Assembly: GCF_902713615.1 (NCBI RefSeq)
Contig: NW_024055478.1
Location: 492,363 to 556,362, forward strand
Length of the DNA: 64,000 nt
Reading direction: 5' to 3'
Origin: Scyliorhinus canicula
Lineage: Eukaryota
In this document: positions 13,156-23,756 of the stretch, one piece after another
How positions within the stretch are numbered: position 1 is the first letter of the stretch
Layout of the letters: each line of letters opens with the position of its first letter
Notes under the pieces: model-generated
The model's input: the letters and a program-made list of their open reading frames with translations, nothing else
Database searches by the model: none
Told to the model about the DNA's origin: nothing
Made by a program: the position numbers and the translations under genes

Positions 13156-13553
13156 TTGATGTTTACAAAAGAGAACATAGCGATTGAGGGTCACAGTGAG
13201 AACAGAACACATGCCCTCTGAGCTGCCAAATGTGTGTACAACTGTAACAGGCACAAGAGAGAACAGGAGCTCAACATAAAGGGAAGGCAACAGTTATATA
13301 AGGAACAAGATAAGTTACTTATTTAGACGTGACATTGAGGGAAATTATTAGCTACAATTATAATACAATTATGTCTCGTACATTTCAAACTGAAAGCAGA
13401 AATACTGTCCATGATTGTCTCAGTTACAGATGCAGAATAATAAACTGAGAGAATTTTACTGTTAGAGTCACCAAGAGGAGATATTGTATTTCTGTCACAC
13501 ACAGATCATAATAAACAGCTGAGGAAAATCTACAGCGTCTGAACGTCAACCGA

Positions 13554-13562
13554 TCACTTGAT
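13554..13562 (-). CDS. IGHM: IgM TM2 coding part (IK*), giving cytoplasmic tail KIK
   Basis: ttttatctctgttttacag acceptor then ATC AAG TGA; analogous to mammalian KVK. Confidence 0.9.
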   Translation of the reverse strand: MK

Positions 13563-13700
13563 CTGTAAAACAGAGATAAAATGATGAAGCAGATGTTTAT
13601 GATCTGGGACATTGATGTTAGAGTTTTTAATCAATCAAGCATTTATGGTTTTTAAAACGCTTCTGCCGGTTTGCAGGGTGAGTGGATTGAATCTTCTCAC

Positions 13701-13828
13701 CTTCACCAGAGTGACTGCAGTGCTGTAGGACATGCTCAGGACGAACAGTGTGATGAATGTGGAAGCGGTTGTCCAGATGTTCCCGTTATCATCCTCATCG
13801 TCTTCAGTCCAGGTGTGGTCTGTGGTAT
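13701..13828 (-). CDS. IGHM: IgM TM1 exon (DTTDHTWTEDDEDDNGNIWTTASTFITLFVLSMSYSTAVTLVK)
   Basis: 128 nt, phase 1 in and phase 0 out; acidic spacer plus the conserved antigen-receptor TM motif (W..ASTFI.LF.LS..YS..VTL.K). Confidence 0.96.
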
Positions 13829-13994
13829 CTACGAGGATAGAGCCCAATAAATATATTAAGTTGTTTATTAATCCAGGATATATTGTTAATATTCTCATTT
13901 AATTTTCTTTATCTGATCATTCATTCTCTAATATATTTTTCATTGCATAGCTACTGTAGAGTTCGTGACACTCACCAACCGATCTCTGTAACTT

Positions 13995-15335
13995 TCTTTT
14001 TCCAATTTAGGGGCAGTTTAGCGTGGCCAATCCACCTACCCTGTACATCATTGGATTGTGGAGGTCAAACCCACGGACACGGACAGTCATCCAGGACCAA
14101 GATCGAACCCAGGTCCTCGGCGCCGTGAGGCTGCAGTGCTAACCACTGCGCCACCATGCCGCCCCTTGCCTGACATTTGTATTTGTTCTTTAGCATTTGT
14201 GTCTGTGTGGATGGGGATCTCATGTTTTGCTTCTTTTGCCTGTCCAGATGTATGTAAAATGCCATTGTGTGTATTCATGTGCCAATGAGTACTGATCTGT
14301 GTATTTGTGTGTCAGCGCCTGTATGTACACTTTGTTTATCTTCTATCAATGTGGAGATATGAGTGTGTTATTTATTTTTTTCATAAATTTAGTGTACACA
14401 ATTCATTTTTTTTCCAATTAAGAGGCAATGTAGCGTGTCCAATCCACCTAGCCTGCACACATTTTGGGTTGTGGGGGCAAAACCCACGCAAACACGGGTA
14501 GAATGTGCAAACTCCACACGGACAGTGACGCAGAGCTGGGATCGAACCTGTAACTTTGGCGACATGAGGCATCAGGGAGAATCCACTGCGCTTCTGTGCT
14601 GCCTTAATATGAGTCTGTTATTGTGTATGCTTATGTGTTGAAGTCTATGTTTATATATTAATGCCTGGGTTAATATGTGTTTGTACTTTCCTGCCTAGTA
14701 ATATGTGTTATTGTGGCCTTTTGCGTACATCATGCATGCCAGTGTCTTAATGTTTGTGACTGGATAAGCGCATTTGTGCTTGTATATGCGTGTGCATATA
14801 TATGTGTGTGTGTTTTATCATAGAATTATCATCATAGAATCCCTACAGTGCAGAATGAGGCCGTTCGGCTCATCGAGTCTGCAGCGACCCTGTGAAAGAG
14901 CACCCTACCGAGGTGCACGCTCCCGCCCCACCCTCATAACTTCATAACCTCACTTAACCTTTTGGATACTAAGGGGCAATGGAGCATGGCCAATCCACCT
15001 ACCCTGCTCATCATTGGACTGTGGGAGGAAACGGGAGCACCCGGAGGAAACCGATGCAGACACAGGAGAACGTGCAAATTCCACACAGGCAGTCACCCAA
15101 GGCTGGAATTGAACCCGGCCTTTGGCACTGGGAGACAGTAGTGCTGTGTATGCATTGATGAAAAAAAAGGAAAATCACTTATTGTCACGAATAGGCTTCA
15201 AATGAAGTTACTGTGAAAAACCCCTAGTCGCCACATTCCGGCGCCTGTTCGGGGAGGCTATTACAGGAATCGAACCGTGCTGTTGGCCTGCTTGGTCTGC
15301 TTTCAAAGCCAGCAATTTTGCTCTGTGCTAAATGA
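13995..15335 (-). mobile_element. Cluster of SINE copies (~13995-14165, 14400-14600, 14820-15150, 15165-15335) in the CH4-TM1 intron
   Basis: Repeated ggccaatccacctaccctg core and tRNA heads. Confidence 0.8.
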
Positions 15336-15379
15336 TGGTTGTTTATAGCTATGTATTACTTGTGTATTGATGTCTCCAT

Positions 15380-16060
15380 GTGCACTAATGTATATTTGTG
15401 TTAACATGTGTACGAGTCTGCTGACATATATCTACATGTACCCATAATTGTGGTAATGTGGATTATTGTCTCTGTCCTTAATTCTATACTTCTGTCATCG
15501 TGAAATTGTGCGATTGGTTACATTTGTGTTTCATATTCTGATGTTAGTCTACTTGTCTGGTTTTATATGTTTGCATTTGCATCTTTGTGTATCTGTGTGG
15601 ACATGTGGGTGTATGCGTATGTTTGTGTACGCTTGTGTGCAATGCAAATGCAAATCCGGGGAGGCTGGTACGGTTATCGAACCATCCTGCTTGGTCTGCT
15701 TTAAAAGCCAGCGATTCAGCCCAGTGAGCTAAACCAGCCCCTTGTGTGCCTGATTGCGTACGTATATTAGTGTCTGTATGTGTCAATGTGTCTGTGTGAG
15801 TATAAACGTGTGCTTTTTTTGTCTTTTTGTGCATGTTTGTGCATTTCTGTACACGTTCACGTGCGTTCTTGTGTCAATATATGTTTGGTTTGTTGTGCCG
15901 GGTGTATGTTTTGTGTGTGTGTGTGTATGTGTGTGTTTGTGTCCATGTGTGCATGTGTATATGTCTGTGGGGAAGGGGGTGTATGTATGTGTCGTGTTTA
16001 AGTCTGTTTAACTGTGTGTTTGCGTATTTGTATCAGCTGCCTGTAGCTTTGCCAGTTGTG
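15380..16060. repeat. Degenerate (TG)n-rich simple sequence
   Basis: Low-complexity TG/TATG content; explains the Cys/Val-rich ORFs. Confidence 0.8.
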
Positions 16061-16639
16061 GGTATTATTGATAGCCATGGCGCATATGTTGAACTTTGTG
16101 CTTATAAGTGTGTTTTCTGTGAGTTGCAAGGTGACATCAGGTGACCGAATGCAAAAATACAAGGAGGTGCCTCAGGAGAGAACATTGAAAACCCAGGGAG
16201 AATTCCATCACCAGTCTGGATTTGGATTATGGGGAATCAGTTTTAGCATACGGATAAGAGGAACTAGAGTGCTAACAAAAAGTAAAATTCTGTTGCATAA
16301 ATAGATATTTAAAGAACATCTTTATCATGATGGTCTTTTCACATCTTCAGGCAGTAAACTACAAGCCGACTTGTAATGTCAGTGACAGAATCCTCAGAGT
16401 ATAGACCCGTCCGCTCTCAAACTCGCTGCTTGGGGATTGGGAGGACAGTGAGTTAATCATCTCTGGATAAAAACAAATTCCTGCGGATGCTGGAATCTGC
16501 TGAGATTTTCCAGCATTTTCTCTTTGGAGTGAATAATCTCCCTCTCTCTGGTCAGCTGAACAAATTCTCTTTGGGTTTCCACCTGCTGAGGAGGTGGAGA
16601 TACAGAGAGTCCACTCATCACCTTCCTCCACTTTTCCTC

Positions 16640-18500
16640 GGGAACGTGGAGGTGAAATGGGTTAATATTGCCCCTCCCCTCTCTGTTGTTGAAGTGGGGG
16701 TACAGTGGGTTAACGAATGCCCCTCCCCCTCTCTGTTGTTGAACTGGAGGTACAATGGATTAACTAATGCCCCTCCCCTCTCTGTTCGGGATGTGGGGGT
16801 ACAGTGGATTGACTAATGCCCCTCCTCTTCTCTGTTTGGAACGTGGGGGTACAGTGGGTTAACTAATGCCCCTCCCCCTCCCTTCTCTCTTCGGGACGTG
16901 CGGGCACAGTGGATTAACTAATGCCCCTCCCCCTCTCTGTTCGGGATGTGGGTGAACAGTGGATTAAGTGATGCCCCTCCCCTCTCTGTTGTTGAAGTGG
17001 GGGTACAGTTATTTAACTAATGCCCCTCCCCCCCTCTCTGTTGGGGAAGTGTGGTACACTGTGTTAACAAACTCCCCTCCTTTATATGGTGTATATGTGG
17101 GGATAAGTGTATTAAATACTGCACTCCCCACGCATTGGTGTGGAAGTGGGGTTACAGTGGGTTAACTAATATCCCTTCCTCTTTGTTAGGGAGTTGCGGT
17201 GCAGGGCATTTACGAATGCCTCTTCCCCTCTCTTTTTTGGGTAAATGTGGACAGAGTGGATTAACTGATGCCCCTCCCCTCTCTCTTTTGGGGAAGTGGG
17301 GGTACAGTGAATTAACTAATGCCCCTGCCCTCTCTGTTGTTGAAGTGGGGTACCGCGGATTAAATAATTCCCCTCCTCTCTTTTCAGGAAGTGAGCACAC
17401 AGAGGATAAAGGAAAGCCCCTTCTCCTCTCTCTATTGGGAAAGTAGGGGTACAGTGGATTAACTAAAGGCCCTCCCAATCTCTTTGTTGTGGAAGTGGGG
17501 GTACAGTGTCTGAACTAAAGACCCTCCTCCTCTCTCTGTGGGGAGAGTGGGGGTACAGTGCATTAACTAAAGATCCTCCTCCTCTCTCTGTGGGGAGAGT
17601 GGGGATACAGGGCATTAACTATAGATCCTCCTCCTCTCTCTGTGGGGAGAGTGGGGGTACAGTGCATTAACTAAAGATCCTCCTCCTCTCTCTGTGGGGA
17701 GAGTGGGGGTACAGGGCATTAACTAAAGATCCTCCTCCTCTCTCTGTGGGGAGAGTGGGGGTACAGTGCATTAACTAAAGATCCTCCTCCTCTCTCTGTG
17801 GGGAGAGTGGGGGTACGGTGGATTAACAAAAGACCCTCCTCCTCTCTCTGTGGGGAGAGTGGGGGTACAGTGCATTAACTAAAGACCCTCTGCCTCTCTC
17901 TGTGTGGAGAGTGGGGGTACAGTGCATTAACTAAAGGCACTCCGCCTATCTCTTTCCAGGGGAAGTGGGTGTACAGTGTGATAACTGATGCCCCTCCCAA
18001 TCTCATTTTTTGTGGAAGTCGGGTACTGGGGATTAAATAAAGACCCTCCGCCTCTCTCTCTTTTGAGGAAGTGAGCACATAGAGGATAAAGGAATGCCCC
18101 TCCTCCTCTCTCTGTTGGGAAAGTAGGGGTGCAGTGGATTAACTATGGGCCCTCCCAATCTCTTTGTTGTGGAAGTGGGGGATGGTGGATTAACTAAAGG
18201 AGCTCCGCCTCTCTGTGTGGGGAGAGTGGGGTTACAGTGGGTTAACTAAGGACCCTCTGCCTCTATCTGTGGGGAGAGTGGGGGTACGGTGGATTAACTA
18301 AAGGCCCTCCGCATCTATCTGTGGGGAGAGTGGGGATACAGTGAATGAACAAACTGGATTCCGCCTATCTCTTTCTTGGGGAAGTGATGTAGTGGATTAA
18401 CGAAAGGCCCTCCCACTCTCTTTTTGTGGAAGTGGGGGTACAGTGGATTACCTAAAGGCCCTCCGCCTCTGTTGGGAAAGTGTGGGTACAGTGGGTTAAT
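16640..18500. repeat. ~52-bp minisatellite in the CH4-TM1 intron
   Basis: gtggggagagtgggggtacagtgcattaactaaagatcctcctcctctctct recurring at 17538, 17590, 17642; degenerate at both ends. Confidence 0.93.
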
Positions 18501-18928
18501 CATTTCCCTTTCCCCTCTCTTTGATGGGGAATTGTTGGTCCATGTTTCTGTGTGAACCTCAATTCTGTTCCCAGTGGGTGTGATGCAGTAACTTAAAGCT
18601 GACATTAATTTTAAAGGGATGGACAATGGGAGAAGCAGGAACACCGAGATCTAAATGTGATGGGTTTGTTTGTCTGAAATGGGAAATTGTCCGATTTCTC
18701 CTCAGCGGGAGGAAAGTCAATGAAGATATTTTGCTGAATCCTGGAATGAATGAGTTTTACTCTGTCTCTAACCCAGGGTGTATCTGAGCTGGGAGCACTG
18801 ATTGTATCAGACTTGGGGCCGAGACCTGTAGAAATCCGGGTCTCATTGAACAGATCTAATATCAGCAAAGTGGAAGCGACATTAATTAAGTGGCTGTACA
18901 TTTAAATCACAACTGGAGGGAAAATAAC

Positions 18929-18948
18929 TTTATTATTTTTATTTTATT
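18929..18948 (-). terminator. Secretory-form polyadenylation signals (three AATAAA)
   Basis: Plus-strand tttatt at 18929, 18938 and 18943, 23-42 nt after the tailpiece stop. Confidence 0.8.
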
Positions 18949-18970
18949 TCAAAATATAACCAATCGATTC

Positions 18971-19362
18971 TCATTGACATGAATTAACGGTATCCATCAG
19001 AGCGAGGGAAATGTTCACAAAACTGGGTTTACCGCTGGATTTATCAACCGTTCTGTTGATGATCTTCAAGGGGATGGCTTCATGTCCCACCACACAGGAG
19101 TAAGAAGCGCCGCTGGCCCACTCCTTCGCTGCAATGGATAACAGGCTGTACATGAAGAAGGAGCTATTGCCGTTCTCCGCCATCACCTCGGTGTTCTTGT
19201 AGTTCCCGGGATTCACCGGCTTGTCATTGACGGTCCACTTGACGAAGATCTCTCGGGGGGAGAAACCTCTCACTAAGCAGCTGAGGGAGACGAATCTCTG
19301 AGCGGAGACGTCTTCAGCCGAGGGCAGGAGGACAGAGACAGACGGTTCCCGTGGATTGGGAT
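18971..19362 (-). CDS. IGHM: IgM CH4 plus secretory tailpiece ([19 protein letters not shown]...[24 protein letters not shown]); internal donor after 19033 for the membrane form
   Basis: ctgcag acceptor; tailpiece has the N-glycan site NIS and penultimate Cys; G|GTAAA internal donor at the DKSS-G boundary. Confidence 0.97.
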
Positions 19363-19669
19363 CTGCAGAAAATGTACAATAAATGTCAATAAAATGGGGA
19401 ATTCCGGAGACAATGGAACCGCGGGTTAGATATGAGAGAAATGTGTTTTGTGTTGGATTTTAAAGGTTTCCATTTTCCACTTTGGGATCTGTCCGGTTTC
19501 CCAGCTCGGAGCAGAGGTGGACACAACCTTTTCCCTGAGAATTTACGGATATTGGATTCGAAAGTTTCAGAAAGTGTACAGCAAGGAAACAGGCCATTCG
19601 GCCCAACTGTTCTGCGCTGGTGTATAAACTCCACACCAGGCTCCTCCCACCTTACTCCCAGAGGATTGG

Positions 19670-20935
19670 AAAACTGCCTTATTCAAAAGGGGAGGGAGTC
19701 AAAATCAGGTAACTATTAGGCCAGCGACCTTAACATCTGTCCGTGGAAAACGGTTCGAGTCCATTATAACAGATCCAATAGCTGAGCATTTCGAAATACA
19801 TAACATAATCAAACAGAGTCAGCACGGCTTCATGAAGGGTAACTCATGCCTGAAAACTTTATTGCCCTTATTCGAGGTGATAACGCGAAGGCTAGAGAGG
19901 GGGAGGGGTGGGGGGCAATAGATGTAATATACATGAATTTCAAAACTGTGTTTAATAAATGAATGTACTATTCCCATGTTTACAGATGGCAAAAATAGGT
20001 AGAAAGGCAAGTGGCGAGGATTACAGAAAATCCACAGAGGGACAGAGAATGTGAGGTTACACACTTTGGGAGGAGGAAGAACATAGCGGAATATTATTTA
20101 GCTGGAGAAAGACTGGAGAAAGCTGAAGTAACGGGGGAATTGGGGGTCCTCGTGCAGAAACCACAAAAAGCAAATTCTGCAGGTAATATGGAGACAAATT
20201 GAATGTTGACATTTATTTCAAAGGGAATAGAATATAAACATGGGGCAGTCTGGCTAAAACTATACAAGGCATTCCCGTACCGGACTCCACGAACAGGCGC
20301 CGCAATGTGGCGACTAGGGGCTTTTCACAGTAACTTCATTGAAGCCTACTTGCGACAGTAAGCGATTATTATTATTTAGTTAGACTACACCTGATACACT
20401 TTGAATAGTTTTGTTGCCCTTATCTGAGGAAGACAGATTGGTTTTGAAGGCAGTCCAGAGAAGGATCATGAGGTTGATCCCGAGTATGGAGGCATTTTCT
20501 TATGAGCTGAGGGTAACTTTGCTGGTTTGTACTTCTTGGAGTTCAGAGGAATAAAGCGACCTAATTGAGACAAGATTCTCGGGGAGTTTCTTTGTATAGA
20601 CGCTGAGAGGTTGTTTACCCCTGTGGGAGCGTCTCGGAGCAGTGCAGGATCACAAAGTGAGGGTTCGCCCATTTCAGACAGAGATGAGCAGGAATTTCCT
20701 CTCTCAGAGGGTAGTGAAGCTGTGGAGTTATTTAACGCAGGGGGGCTGTAGATTCTGGGTCGGCGAGTACGTTCAAGGTTGAGGGAGACATATTCTAAAT
20801 CAGTCAAGGCGTCAAGGGATATGGGGATAAGGCTGGAAAGAGGAGTTGAAGATAATCACAGCAGATCAGTCATGACCTCACTGAAGGCTGGACCAGTGTT
20901 GATGGGCCCAATGGGTTACATCTGCGCCTAAGTCC
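19670..20935 (+). mobile_element. Fragmented CR1 ORF2 and tail in the CH3-CH4 intron, with a SINE fragment at ~20280-20380
   Basis: NYRP.TLTS, QHGF.KG.SC, CEVTHFGR motifs, degenerate. Confidence 0.75.
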
Positions 20936-21164
20936 TGTGGACTATGGTCTCGCTCCATCTAAACTCAACATCGCTGTTTTCAATTCATTGTTCATTCGTC
21001 TGCATATCAATTTCCCCCTTAAACTCTAAGGGCCCAGAGTATTTAGTTAGTGGAATTACCAATCAGAATGGACCATAAATACACTGAATGCTAAATACTG
21101 ACCGCTGCACTGACACTAGAAATAGACACAATGACTGACTTATTGCTTCAGTCTCACCGCTCAC

Positions 21165-21473
21165 CTATTTTTTTGTGGATTGAAATTCTTAAAGGAGTTG
21201 GCAGGTCCTGATGGCTCGCCACACAGTTAAACACAGCCCCACTCAGCCACGCTTGTGTCGAGATGTTTAATTTGCTGAGCACGCTCTCAATATCTGCCCC
21301 AGGCTCGTCTGCAATCTCTGATTTCAGCGGCTTCTTCGCTTCACTCCAGGACACGTTGACTCCATAAGGACCATTCGAAATGACGCAGGTTAAGGTTACA
21401 GTCGCCTCCAGTAAGACCTGTTCTATTGGCGGTGGCAGTATTGTTACTGAGGCAACAGTGCAAGCGTAAGGAT
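21165..21473 (-). CDS. IGHM: IgM CH3 exon ([25 protein letters not shown]...SIHKKI)
   Basis: 309 nt; ttcacag acceptor, GTGAG donor; [20 protein letters not shown]. Confidence 0.96.
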
Positions 21474-21649
21474 CTGTGAATGAAAACATGAAAATTAACC
21501 CACGTTTCATCTTCAGAATCAGGACAGCAGGATTCAGCCTTCACTCTCTAATTGGGAATAAAGCAACTTCAAAATATCAACCCCGACAGACCGCCTTTAA
21601 TCTTCGATATACAATAGAAAACCAGCGTGTTCTGTGAAAACTATTAAGG

Positions 21650-21970
21650 AATCATAGATCACTACAGTGCAGAAGAGGACCATTCGGCCCATGGAGTCTG
21701 CACCGACCCGCGAAAGAGCACTCTACCTAGGACAATTCCCCCACCCTATCCCTGTAGCCTCACAACCCCACCTAATCATTGGACGTTCAGCGTTAATTTA
21801 GCATGACCAATTCACCTAACCTGCACATATTTGCCTGCGGGAGGAAACCAAAGCACCTGGAGGAACCCCGTGCAGAGACGGGGAGAAGGTGTAAACTCCA
21901 CACAGTCACCCGCCGTCAGTATTGAACCGGGTCCCAGGCACGGTGAGGCCTCAGTGCTAACCACTATTGT
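21650..21970 (-). mobile_element. HE1-like SINE in the CH2-CH3 intron
   Basis: Tail, core and head as in other copies. Confidence 0.75.
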
Positions 21971-22418
21971 GAAAATCGTTTAGCCCCGGTATCATTTTAA
22001 TGAATCAGTATTGCAGCATTCCCAATGCGATTTATAATTCCTGATCTCTGGAGCGCAGTCATGAATGCTCATTTATAAATAGGTTGGATGAACTTTCCAA
22101 CACTTTCACCCGAAACAATAAAGGTTTCATGCCACCCACTGCCTCTGAAATATGATCAGCTGTTTCGGAATAAAGCTAATATCAATTCCACCTCACTCAC
22201 TAAATGATTTCAAAGTAGTGGAAACATTCTTTGCTGTTCTGGTAATATCCTGAATGGTGAGCAACCCTAATGCAGCCCTTACATCAGAATGAAACACAAA
22301 CTACATGGCAGTAAATTAGAAGTTATTATGTGCTTTGTACAAACTTCAGTACATTCCTGATTTGGATTAACATCAGAATGCAGGATAATTTATTGTTTCC
22401 TCTGTTTAGATCTCTTAC

Positions 22419-22727
22419 CAGACGCGGTGATGTTGTGATTTTGGGTGACCTCTTGATGAGTGACCTGGCAGGTAAAGACCGCTTTGCTGAACCATTCCCC
22501 AGCGGAGACTGTCAGCCGACTGCTCGCCGAGAAGTTCCCGTTCACTTCACAGGCGGGAGAGGTGACAATTCCTGAACTCATGGGTTGTCCATTCTTCAGC
22601 CACTTCACCGTGATTGAATTTGGCTGGAAATCGTTAATTGAACAGACGATGGTTGCAAATTTCTGTCTTGTGATTTCTTCACTGGAACTCACGGTGAGGA
22701 GAACATTTGGAGCATAAATTCTGGGAC
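22419..22727 (-). CDS. IGHM: IgM CH2 exon ([19 protein letters not shown]...NHNITAS)
   Basis: 309 nt; ttgaag acceptor, GTAAG donor; IVC, VKWLKNG, FTCQVTH. Confidence 0.96.
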
Positions 22728-22936
22728 CTTCAAGAAACACAATTAGATATTTCGTGCAGAAGAAATTGATAAACAAAATGAGTTCATATACTTAAAAAAA
22801 TGTTTGTGGTCAATAGACACTAAGCTGGATTTTCCAGGGATCAGGAATTTGCCGAGTATTACAAATGAGTTCTATCCAAGACCCTATACAAGGTCATCAT
22901 AGGTTTTCTATTTCTCACAGGTTCCACAACACTTAC

Positions 22937-23236
22937 ATTCCATTCCAATGCTCTTGTCTGAGACGCTGTGTTGAACCTCACAGTTGATTTTGCTGCATTC
23001 CCCCTCTGACTCGGTGATGGTTAACTGGCTGCTCAGGGTGTAGGTTCCCTTCTTGGTTTTTACTGATGGGTATTTCTTAACTCCAGTGGTGATCAGCTGC
23101 CCATCTTTCTTCCAGGTAAGGCTGGTGATTTCTGGGGAGTAGTCCATCGCCAAACAGCCGAAGGTCACGGAGCCGTGGGTGTTGTGTTGCTGACAGGAGG
23201 AGACCAGGCTGTAGAGAGTGGGCGGAGTCGGTGTCA
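22937..23236 (-). CDS. IGHM: IgM CH1 exon ([18 protein letters not shown]...DKSIGME)
   Basis: 300 nt; cccccag acceptor, GTAAGT donor; C1-set Ig domain (FGCL, LTWKK, YTLSSQL, NCEV). Confidence 0.96.
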
Positions 23237-23561
23237 CTGGGGGAGAATGGCCCATTCAACAAGTTAGACTCTGGTATTTGTAATTTATAAGTAACCAAGC
23301 ATTTCATAATTTGACTAGAACTATGATTTTATCCTAACATTTACCGATTAAATCCCACATCCACATTGAATCTTCTGTCAGTTCTATCGTTCGGAATCAC
23401 TACTTTTTGTCCCTTCTTCAGAAACTCACCTCTTTCTCCGTCTCCATCCAAAAAAGCACATTTTGATGTAATCTGAATGGTGTAACTTTCATTGAATTGA
23501 AAGAGAGGAGCAGAGAGTTTTCTCCATTATTTCAGCCACCATGTAATATAAAATGCAAATG

Positions 23562-23756
23562 AGGCCATAGTCCCGGAGACTGTTCTTTCCCTTTGAGAAC
23601 TGACTGTGGTGATTTAACTTGAGGGTCACCACACATCAAGCGAGGGGCAAGGTTGAGAATGGGGGTCTTCATGAATAACCTCAGCCGGTGCAGCAATTGA
23701 ATCCGTGCTGTTGGGATCGCTCTTCGTCATGAACCAGCCGTCCAGCTAACTGAGCT
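23562..23756 (-). mobile_element. tRNA-derived SINE whose 5' end runs into the 29-bp array
   Basis: Alignable by eye with the copy at 5700-5906; minus strand starts AGCTCAGTTAGCTGGACGGCTGG (A-box-like) with a GGATTCAATT B-box-like motif. Confidence 0.8.

Noticed and set aside
16359-16462. Possible alternative terminal exon after CH4 (EMINSLSS...LQVGL*), phase-compatible acceptor at 16463
   Set aside because: The pyrimidine tract comes from a repeat remnant, I saw no nearby poly(A) signal, and the peptide has no TM or tailpiece features.
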